The notes below the pieces were generated by a model. It had not been told where the DNA came from and made no database searches. It saw only the letters and a program-made list of their open reading frames with translations. Both the position numbers and the translations under genes were made by a program. A stretch of DNA of 64,000 nucleotides. It comes from Eubacteriales bacterium (lineage in GTDB: Bacteria > Bacillota > Clostridia > Oscillospirales > UMGS1783). This document shows, piece after piece, positions 46,175 to 53,278 of the stretch. Every line of letters starts with the position of its first letter. The stretch's first letter is position 1. The stretch lies in contig JAZOAH010000028.1 in the NCBI GenBank assembly GCA_045595395.1, positions 90,339-154,338 on the forward strand, written 5' to 3'.

Positions 46175-47605
46175 TCAGACCCTCCCCGTGAGCATATTGG
46201 ACTTGCCGCCGTTTTTGGTCACGTCCTGCATGTCCATATTATTTTCCTGTGCGATCATTTTCATCACATAGGGCGAACAGAAACCTCCCTGGCAACGACC
46301 CATGCCGGCACGGGTACGACGCTTGACCGCATCCATATCCAACGCCACCGGATTAACGGTGATGGCCTGACGGATCTCGCCCTCGCTGATCATCTCGCAA
46401 CGGCAGATGATCTTACCGAAATCGGGATGCTCCTTGATATAGGCGTCCTTATCCTCATCACTCATATGATGGAAGGCTTCCATATCTTCACGCTCACCAT
46501 TCCAGTCGGCCTTTTTCTCCAAAGCCAGGCCGATCTCACCCAGGATCTCGACCACACGCTGGGCAATGGCAACGCTGGAGGTCAGACCCGGCGAATCAAT
46601 GGCCGCCGCCTGCACAAAACCCTCCACCTTTTTTGACGCTTCGATGATAAAATCGCCCTTCTTTTCCGAGGAACGAACACCGGCAAAAGAGGTGATGACC
46701 TGACCGAAATTGACACCCGGTACGCTCTTGCGTGCCAGATTCATGACGGTACGGATACCCTCGGGGGTCATCTCGTTGTCCTCCGGCGTTTCGACGGCAT
46801 TGGCCGTCGGGCCGGTCAGCAGGTTACCGTCGGCCGTCGGGGTGACCAGGATGCCCTTGCCTTCCTTGGTCGGAACCTGGAAGATGGTATGGGATACCGT
46901 TTGGCCTACCGCTCGATCGAGCAGCAGATATTCGCCTACACGAGGAATGATCTCAAAATCGCAATCCCCCGCCATCTGCGCCACCTTGTCCGAATAGCAG
47001 CCGGCACAGTTGATAAAATACCGTGCCGTCACCTGCTCACCGCTCTTGGCGGTTACGGTGAAGTCGTCCTGTTTATCGACTGAAACGATCTCAAAATTAC
47101 GCTTAAGCTCCACGCCGTTATCCATGGCATTACCAACGGCGGCAATGGTCAGCTTATAGGGGCAGACGATGCCGGCCGAAGGCACATGCAGCACCAGCGT
47201 GATCTCTTCCGAAAGATTGGGCTCCAGGGCACGGGCCTCATCACCGGTGAGCACCTTCATGCCGGAGATGCCGTTGACCAGGCCGCGCTCATACAGTTCA
47301 TGTACAGCCGGCTCCTGCTCAGCGCCGAAGGCGCAGATCATCGAGCCGTTTTTCCGATAAGGCACATGCAGCTGTTCAACCGCTTCATAGAGCAGCGAAA
47401 CACCCTTGGTATTCATTTCGGCCTTGAGGGTGCCCGGCTCGGGATCATAGCCGCCATGAATAATACCGCTGTTGGCCTTGGTTGCGCCGGTGGCCACATC
47501 GTTTTCCTTTTCCAGCAGGCAGACCGAAAGCTGATACTTGGACAACTCTCTGGCCACCATGCCGCCGATGACGCCGGCACCGGCAATCACTACATCATAC
47601 TTCAT
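46175..47605 (-). CDS. FAD-dependent glycerol-3-phosphate dehydrogenase-like oxidoreductase with BFD-like [2Fe-2S] domain
   Basis: MKYDVVIAGAGVIGG FAD fold. C-terminal ICRCEMISEGEI ... RAGMGRCQGGFC (BFD-like Cys pattern). The start at 47605 follows GAGGAG. Confidence 0.8.
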   Translation of the reverse strand: MKYDVVIAGAGVIGGMVARELSKYQLSVCLLEKENDVATGATKANSGIIHGGYDPEPGTLKAEMNTKGVSLLYEAVEQLHVPYRKNGSMICAFGAEQEPAVHELYERGLVNGISGMKVLTGDEARALEPNLSEEITLVLHVPSAGIVCPYKLTIAAVGNAMDNGVELKRNFEIVSVDKQDDFTVTAKSGEQVTARYFINCAGCYSDKVAQMAGDCDFEIIPRVGEYLLLDRAVGQTVSHTIFQVPTKEGKGILVTPTADGNLLTGPTANAVETPEDNEMTPEGIRTVMNLARKSVPGVNFGQVITSFAGVRSSEKKGDFIIEASKKVEGFVQAAAIDSPGLTSSVAIAQRVVEILGEIGLALEKKADWNGEREDMEAFHHMSDEDKDAYIKEHPDFGKIICRCEMISEGEIRQAITVNPVALDMDAVKRRTRAGMGRCQGGFCSPYVMKMIAQENNMDMQDVTKNGGKSNMLTGRV

Positions 47606-47609
47606 TTTT

Positions 47610-48266
47610 TTACTCCTCTTCCACAAAAACTACATGTTCATGGTTTCTTAAGTTATATATATTGAAGTCCTTACGACTTTCAAAAAACAGATTCAGCCCC
47701 AAATGTCCGGCATAGCCGCTCTTGGGCGCCTGCACACGGCAGGAAAATTGGATGCCGCTTTCTCGCTTGATATCCTCAAGGATCTCATTGGTCTTATACA
47801 TATCATCGATCTCGACATAAGCACTTTCACTCTTTCTTTTGCGGCGCTCAAAGCGGCCGAGCAAGATGATGGAAAGCATATAGATGGCGGTGACGACAAG
47901 AGCGCCGATATAATAGCCGCAGCCCACGGCAATGCCGATGATGCTGGTGGTCCAGACACCGGCGGCAGTGGTCAGGCCCGTGATGATATTGTTATTCTTA
48001 AATACGATCACACCGGCGCCCAGGAAACCGACGCCCGATACGACCTGTGCCGAGAGGCGGAGAATGTCGCCGTTATTGCCCAGCACCTCACCGGCATAAA
48101 TGCTGATCAAGGAAGTCATGGCCGAGCCCAAGGCGACCAGGATGTGCGTGCGCATACCGGCTTCACGGCCGTGCCGGGCACGCTCACTGCCAATGATCAA
48201 GCCGATCAAGACGGCAACGATCGACCGAATCAGCACAACGGCAAATTGGTTAAACATGATATCCAT
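47610..48266 (-). CDS. MgtC/SapB family membrane protein
   Basis: GLIIGSERARHGREAGMRTHILV signature. Four to five TM helices plus a C-terminal ACT-like domain. Confidence 0.85.
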   Translation of the reverse strand: MDIMFNQFAVVLIRSIVAVLIGLIIGSERARHGREAGMRTHILVALGSAMTSLISIYAGEVLGNNGDILRLSAQVVSGVGFLGAGVIVFKNNNIITGLTTAAGVWTTSIIGIAVGCGYYIGALVVTAIYMLSIILLGRFERRKRKSESAYVEIDDMYKTNEILEDIKRESGIQFSCRVQAPKSGYAGHLGLNLFFESRKDFNIYNLRNHEHVVFVEEE

Positions 48267-48300
48267 AAGACTCCTCCCCAAAAAGAAATAAAGCAACGAC

Positions 48301-48328
48301 AAATAAGGCGGACAAGCCGTCTTATTTT
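48301..48328 (-). terminator. terminator-like hairpin between glpP and mgtC (candidate GlpP antitermination target)
   Basis: Minus strand: AATAAGACGG-CTTGT-CCGCCTTATT (10 bp, one A.C mismatch), followed by a T-rich tract TGTCGTTGCTTTATTTCTTTTT. Confidence 0.4.
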
Positions 48329-48360
48329 CCGCTACTCTTTATCTCTTCGGAAATATGTAA

Positions 48361-48921
48361 TTATAGATACCAAAGTTCCTGTGTTCCGGTTGACACGGCG
48401 ATAGCGCCGCAGCCTAATGCGGCCGTAACCTCGGCCTTGGTTTCGATGAGACCTCCGGCAATGACCGGAATGTCCTCTGATACAAATTTGGCTATGACCT
48501 TATTGACCACACCCGGCATGATCTCAATGAAATCGGGACGGGTCGATCCGATCATTTCATGGATGCTTTCGATGCCCTGCGAATCAACGGCAAAATACCG
48601 CTGTACCGCAATGACACCGAACTCTTTGGCGTTTTTGATCAAGGACGCACGGGTACTGATAATACCATCAGCCCCCTGTTTTACCAAATACTCGACCCCG
48701 CACCGATCCTTGCCGATGCCTCGCATCAGGTCGATATGCACAAAGATCGCTTTGTTTTTCTCATGCGCCTGCCGAATCTGCTCGGCCACCGTCATGACTG
48801 TGCCTTCCAGCAAAAAGACGATCTCGGCGGGCGATTTCAGCGCCTGATCAAACCGATCCTCATGGACCGCTGCGATCAAAGGACAGTTTTCCATTCGCTC
48901 CTGAATGTCGGTAAGTGTCAT
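48361..48921 (-). CDS. glpP: glycerol-3-phosphate responsive antiterminator
   Basis: ...IFVHIDLMRGIGKD..G.EYL...ADGIISTR...PDFIEIMPGV...PVIAGGLI parallels B. subtilis GlpP along its whole length. Confidence 0.85.
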   Translation of the reverse strand: MTLTDIQERMENCPLIAAVHEDRFDQALKSPAEIVFLLEGTVMTVAEQIRQAHEKNKAIFVHIDLMRGIGKDRCGVEYLVKQGADGIISTRASLIKNAKEFGVIAVQRYFAVDSQGIESIHEMIGSTRPDFIEIMPGVVNKVIAKFVSEDIPVIAGGLIETKAEVTAALGCGAIAVSTGTQELWYL

Positions 48922-48978
48922 GCGCTCATCCCTTTCGCTTGCCAATTTTATCACAAGTATAGACTTCTGTCAAGGCAC

Positions 48979-50652
48979 TTATCTCTGTTTGTTGGCACTG
49001 GTTTTTATTGCCTGTATCCGCCCGTCGGCGATCTCCAGCGTCCAGTCGCACAGCTCACGTGCGGCCGGCCGATGGGTCACAGCAATGCACATACGTCCCG
49101 GCAGATCACGCAGACGATGCAACACTGCCTGTTCAGTCTTTTCATCCAGCGCCGAGGTGCACTCGTCCAGTAATAAAATGGGTGCGCCGCCCAAAACGGC
49201 ACGGGCAATGGCCAGACGCTGCGACTGCCCTTCGGAAAGCCCTGCAGCGTTTTCGCCCACCGGCGTATCCAACCCCTGCGGCAGCAGCGGCAAATAATCG
49301 TCCATAGCACTGACATACACAGCCTGATCGATCTCCTCCTGTGTCGCCGTCGGCTTGACCACCGTTAAATTCTCACGCAACGTTCCGCTCAGCAGCAGAT
49401 TCCCCTGCGGGACATAGGCAAACAAGCGGCGGGTCTGTCGATCCAGCGTGATCCGTTCTCCTCCGCACTGCACATACAGGCGGCCGGACTGTGGATGAAG
49501 GATACCCAGCAGCAGCTTGAGCAGTGTACTTTTGCCAATGCCTGACGCACCGGTCACAGCGGCAAAGCCGCCGATGGGCAAGGTAAACGTAGCATCGCCA
49601 AAAACCGTATCACGATCATAGGTAAAAGTCAACTGCTCGGCACCGACCTCAGTTATGGCTGTATAGGCAGGCAGTTGCGTGTCGGGATTCGGCTCGGGTT
49701 GGATCTGCTCCAGTTCCATCAACCGCTCGGCAGAGGCCAGCATGGCCATATACTGCGGAATGATGCCCGACATACCAACAAAGGGCCGCTGCAACTGGCT
49801 GACCAACTGGGTAATGGCCGTCAACGCACCGACACTCAGCGTCCCGGCAAACAGCCCGAAGGCGCACCAGATCAGCGCCACGAAACCGGCGATATTCATC
49901 AAAAAACTGACAGCGGTATTGGTCAGCAACGATAGGTTTTTACGGCGCATCTGTGCCCGATAGCGCCCATCCAGCAGGTTATCGGCCCGCACCTGCATTT
50001 GGGGCGCTACATCCAGAGCCTGCACCATCAGCAGTTTTTCCAGCGTTTCCTGAAAAAATCCGGACACCCGACCATCTTCCTCGCTGACCTTTTTATGGAT
50101 CTGCTTGATCTTGGGGCGCAATAGCCCCGTCACGGCCAATACGACAACACCAACCGCTACCACGACTACGGTGAAGATGGGCTCAAGTACGGCCAGCACG
50201 GCTATTGCCGCAATCAATTTGGTGAGCATAGCGGCCGCATTGGGCAGCACGCTCAGAATTCCTTCATGAACGGTACGAACATCGTTGCCCAAGCGATTGA
50301 TCAATTCACCTGTATGATACCCGGAAACCGACGCATAATCCCCTGTTGTCAAGCGAAAAAAGAGGTCTCGTTTAAGATCCCGATCAATGTCTGCTGCCAG
50401 ACGGCCGTGCAGATGCCGATACACAACAGTGCACAGCAGCATGCCGATGATGATCAGCCCCTGCCACAGACAGGACTGCAAAAACCGGTGCTGATCCTGA
50501 TTGAGGGCGGTGTCGATCATATTCTTACACATGAAAGCAAAGGCAACACCCAACAAAGCCGACCCCATGTGGCTGACCGTCATGATCAGCAATCCGGGGA
50601 TACGCTTGCGGATCTTGCCTGTTATCCATTGACCGGTTGTTTGTCTGTTCAT
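48979..50652 (-). CDS. ABC exporter, fused permease/ATPase (type I exporter fold)
   Basis: Six-TM N-terminal half. Walker A GASGIGKST, signature LSEGQSQR, Walker B ILLLDE. Its start at 50652 overlaps the upstream stop (ATGA). Confidence 0.9.
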   Translation of the reverse strand: MNRQTTGQWITGKIRKRIPGLLIMTVSHMGSALLGVAFAFMCKNMIDTALNQDQHRFLQSCLWQGLIIIGMLLCTVVYRHLHGRLAADIDRDLKRDLFFRLTTGDYASVSGYHTGELINRLGNDVRTVHEGILSVLPNAAAMLTKLIAAIAVLAVLEPIFTVVVVAVGVVVLAVTGLLRPKIKQIHKKVSEEDGRVSGFFQETLEKLLMVQALDVAPQMQVRADNLLDGRYRAQMRRKNLSLLTNTAVSFLMNIAGFVALIWCAFGLFAGTLSVGALTAITQLVSQLQRPFVGMSGIIPQYMAMLASAERLMELEQIQPEPNPDTQLPAYTAITEVGAEQLTFTYDRDTVFGDATFTLPIGGFAAVTGASGIGKSTLLKLLLGILHPQSGRLYVQCGGERITLDRQTRRLFAYVPQGNLLLSGTLRENLTVVKPTATQEEIDQAVYVSAMDDYLPLLPQGLDTPVGENAAGLSEGQSQRLAIARAVLGGAPILLLDECTSALDEKTEQAVLHRLRDLPGRMCIAVTHRPAARELCDWTLEIADGRIQAIKTSANKQR

Positions 50653-51116
50653 GTAATATGCCTCCGTAGCCAACCGATGCCGCGTCGCCAAAATCGGCGC
50701 AGACGACGGCTGCCGCACCAAAAACGGCAATAGAGCCGATAGCCGAGCGCCTTGACGCTGACCTCTCGGCCGCCCCGATAAAAGGCGGTCACAACGGCAA
50801 TCATCTGCTCATGGGTCAGATGCGGTTCGGCAACAAACTGATTATCACCCATGCAGGTATAGTCGCCGTCCGCTCGAATGATACGGTGCAGGATATAGGT
50901 GCCGTCCGTTCGCTGATACAGCGGAAGATCGTATTTGTGCAATCTTTCGGGCAGCGGCGAGAGCAGAACACTATCGATTCCCTGGCGCAGCATAGGGAGC
51001 ATGCTGGTGCCGCGGGGCGAGAGCCGCACCGAACAGCCGCGGGCGAGTTGCTCACGGATGAGCGGCATCATCTGCTCAAGCGGCAGTTCACGCTCATGCA
51101 AGCAGTCCATGTTCAT
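50649..51116 (-). CDS. S24/S26-family peptidase, SipW/Sec11-like Ser-His type, no TM anchor
   Basis: GTSMLPML (nucleophile Ser box), YILHRIIR (His box in place of the bacterial Lys box), and CMGDNQFVAEP (GDN box). The N-terminus is hydrophilic. The start (51116 or 51110) overlaps the PqqD-like gene end. Confidence 0.65.
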   Translation of the reverse strand: MNMDCLHERELPLEQMMPLIREQLARGCSVRLSPRGTSMLPMLRQGIDSVLLSPLPERLHKYDLPLYQRTDGTYILHRIIRADGDYTCMGDNQFVAEPHLTHEQMIAVVTAFYRGGREVSVKALGYRLYCRFWCGSRRLRRFWRRGIGWLRRHIT

Positions 51117-51354
51117 CGAGCTTGGCCACAAAATTTGCTACATGTTTTTCGGCATCCTGCGCCGAAACCTCATATTCCTGCGTCAGCGCCTCCACCAGTT
51201 CCGCCGGCTCAGCGCCCTTCTCCAGGCGAGTCCACAGAAAGCGGCCGGTGTCGTTCAGCGTGATCATCATATTCAGATCCAGGGTGTCCCCCGACGGGAT
51301 GACTACAATATCCCCCGCCACCTCACGCAGGACAAATCCTTCTTTCAGTTTCAT
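51094..51354 (-). CDS. PqqD-family / RiPP recognition element-like protein
   Basis: 86 aa. MKLKEGFVLREVAGDIVVIP......MITLNDTGRFLWTRLEKGAEPAELVEALTQEYEVSAQDAEKHVANFVAKLDEHGLL shows the beta-strands plus winged-helix pattern of PqqD. ATGA overlap with the kinase-like gene. Confidence 0.7.
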   Translation of the reverse strand: MKLKEGFVLREVAGDIVVIPSGDTLDLNMMITLNDTGRFLWTRLEKGAEPAELVEALTQEYEVSAQDAEKHVANFVAKLDEHGLLA

Positions 51355-52061
51355 GCGTTTGCGTCCTTTCCTTTGCTCATAGCCGCATAGGCAACCTGTG
51401 CCGCCTGCGGCTCTTTGTTGCATGCCAAATGCCAGATCGGAACCTCACAGATCAGCCGATCAAGCAAGTTCAGTAATTGAATGCGGAATTCCTGGGCACG
51501 AGGCCGATTGAGTTGCTTGAAAAGGGCCTGAATGGCTGCCGTACCGCCAAAAGGCTCAATGCTGTTCTCCGCAGCGCGGGTCAGGCAGGCGATCCCCGCC
51601 ACGGGCACGCGCGCATCGATACTGATATCGTGCTTGCCGCTCCAGGGCGTCCCGTAAGCATACCACACGCCATCCTCCCGGCGCAGGGCCGGCTTATCGT
51701 CATTCAAAATATAGGCTCGTTCACCAAAGGCATCCAGCCACAGTCCGGTGTGTGTCGATTTCCCGACACCCGAATCGGCAGTGAACAGATAGGCTTTACC
51801 GTCGACCACAACGGCTGAGGAATGGAGCATCATGCCGTCAAAGTCGAGCAGTTTTTTATAAAAATCGGCAGCGGTCGACATATATTCGCCGCTATTGTCA
51901 TCAAAACCCGGATGCTTATGCTTGACCTGTTGCCAATGCGAGACCACACGCATATCGACAGAGTCACAGGCTTGGCAACGGTATTTGGCTGCCCGCTTCT
52001 CGGTGATACCGAAGGTGTCCATCACAACGGTCAATCCGGCAATTTTATAGTATTGATCCAT
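51351..52061 (-). CDS. HPr-kinase-like P-loop protein
   Basis: HSSAVVVDGKAYLFTADSGVGKSTHTGLW resembles the HprK C-terminal domain P-loop (G.SG.GKS). 236 aa. Its ATG overlaps the lipoprotein stop (TAATG at 52061). Confidence 0.6.
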   Translation of the reverse strand: MDQYYKIAGLTVVMDTFGITEKRAAKYRCQACDSVDMRVVSHWQQVKHKHPGFDDNSGEYMSTAADFYKKLLDFDGMMLHSSAVVVDGKAYLFTADSGVGKSTHTGLWLDAFGERAYILNDDKPALRREDGVWYAYGTPWSGKHDISIDARVPVAGIACLTRAAENSIEPFGGTAAIQALFKQLNRPRAQEFRIQLLNLLDRLICEVPIWHLACNKEPQAAQVAYAAMSKGKDANA

Positions 52062-52657
52062 TATTGCATATAATCGCCGATATTGAAATCGCCGTCTCCC
52101 CCAACCTGGATCGAGTCCTGATTGTCATTGTAGTCTTTCTTGGCAGCGTTAAGCCAAGCAAAAAACTCTTCCGGGTTATCATAGGTCTCAAAATAAGCCT
52201 GCTGATCCGCCGGGCTCATCGATATGTATTTTGCATAGGTCATAACGCCATCGTCGTTGGCGGAAGAAGAAGAACTGCCGCTCGACTGAGAGCCCGACTG
52301 GGAGCCCGACTGCGAGCCCGACTGGGAGCCCGACTGGGGGCCCGACTGGGAGCCCGACTGCGAGCCCGACTGTGAGCCCGACTGTGAGCCCGACTGGGAG
52401 CCCGACTGTGAGCCCGACTGTGAGCCCGACTGCGAGCCTGACTGAGAGCTGCTGCCTGATGCCTGGCCGGAGCTCTGCCCACTTGAATTGCTGCCCACGA
52501 AATTGAGGTCATCCCACTCTTCAACGCCGTTTCCGGGCCGCAACGATTGCTGACCGGAGGTTGTTCCGTCCAACTTCTTGCTGCAACCGCCCAAAACCAA
52601 AGCCAGTATCATTAAGACGGCTAACAAGCCTGCCAAAAACTTTTTATTCATGATCAT
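52061..52657 (-). CDS. serine-rich repeat lipoprotein, paralog B
   Basis: Signal peptide plus lipobox LVLGGC. EEWDDLNF box, about 13 SGSQ repeats, and a conserved C-terminal domain of roughly 65 aa (Y..Y..MSP..QQAY.ET...EF.AW..AAK..Y). Confidence 0.75.
   Translation of the reverse strand: MIMNKKFLAGLLAVLMILALVLGGCSKKLDGTTSGQQSLRPGNGVEEWDDLNFVGSNSSGQSSGQASGSSSQSGSQSGSQSGSQSGSQSGSQSGSQSGSQSGSQSGPQSGSQSGSQSGSQSGSQSSGSSSSSANDDGVMTYAKYISMSPADQQAYFETYDNPEEFFAWLNAAKKDYNDNQDSIQVGGDGDFNIGDYMQ
52281..52448. repeat. 14 tandem 12-nt repeats (plus-strand unit CCCGACTGNGAG, encoding SGSQ)
   Basis: Direct reading finds 12 near-identical core units at 52293-52436 plus one degenerate unit at each end. The units differ only at one position, the third base of a Ser codon, except unit 4 (GGGGG), which gives Ser to Pro. 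Confidence 0.95.
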
Positions 52658-52680
52658 ATCGCCCTTTCGCCCAATTTCTT

Positions 52681-53202
52681 TTATTGGATGTAATCGGGGA
52701 GATAGATATCATTGTCGCCCTCGATCTTAATGTGACCGTTATTGGCTTCATATTCGTCCTTGGCAGCGTCACGCCAAGCCTTGAACTCTTTCATGGAGGC
52801 AAAGGTCTCGCAGTATGCTTGTCGTTCCTGCGGCGACATGGCAAGATATTCCTCATAGGACAGGCCGTATTCTTCCTTGCCGGAAGCAGAAACACTGCCG
52901 GATGCGGAACTGCTGTTCGACTGCGAGTTCGACGTAGAACTCAACTTAGAACTCGACTGCGAGGTCGACGTAGAATTCGAATGAGATCCCGACTGGGAGC
53001 CGGACTGAGACTGCGATTGGGACGCAGATGCGGAGTTACTGATGACGGGATCCATGTCATCCCAATCCTCTACGCCGATGACGGGCACCGAAGATTGCTG
53101 ATCGGACGAGGATTCGCTCGAGCGATTGGCGCAGCCGGCCAAAACAAGAGCCAAGACCATCAGAATAGCCAATAGGGCCGCTAAAAACTTCTTATTCATC
53201 AT
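52681..53202 (-). CDS. serine-rich lipoprotein, paralog A
   Basis: Signal peptide plus lipobox LVLAGC. EDWDDMDP box, a degenerate S/Q/G/N/T-rich region, and the same C-terminal domain as paralog B. The start is one of the ATGs at 53208, 53202 or 53199. Confidence 0.75.
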   Translation of the reverse strand: MMNKKFLAALLAILMVLALVLAGCANRSSESSSDQQSSVPVIGVEDWDDMDPVISNSASASQSQSQSGSQSGSHSNSTSTSQSSSKLSSTSNSQSNSSSASGSVSASGKEEYGLSYEEYLAMSPQERQAYCETFASMKEFKAWRDAAKDEYEANNGHIKIEGDNDIYLPDYIQ

Positions 53203-53239
53203 TATCATGTCCTTTCTTGCCTATTTCTCTAACTTAAAG

Positions 53240-53268
53240 TATATACTTGAAGAGATAACTCTGTCAAG
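53240..53268 (-). promoter_or_regulatory. sigma-A type promoter in front of the lipoprotein genes
   Basis: Minus strand: TTGACA (53268-53263), 17-nt spacer, TATATA (53245-53240), in the 70-nt gap after the nucleotidyltransferase gene. Confidence 0.5.
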
Positions 53269-53278
53269 TCATTTGCCG

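Noticed and set aside
52281-52448. Regularly spaced short repeats that could superficially suggest a CRISPR-like array.
   Set aside because: The units are contiguous 12-mers with no spacers, they lie inside a coding frame, and no cas genes are present.
52064-52524. ORFs reading the 12-nt repeat in other frames (ARLGARLRARL... on the plus strand, SRAHSRAPSRA... on the minus strand).
   Set aside because: These are frame artefacts of the tandem repeat. Only the SGSQ frame links a signal peptide and lipobox to the conserved C-terminal module shared with the paralog.
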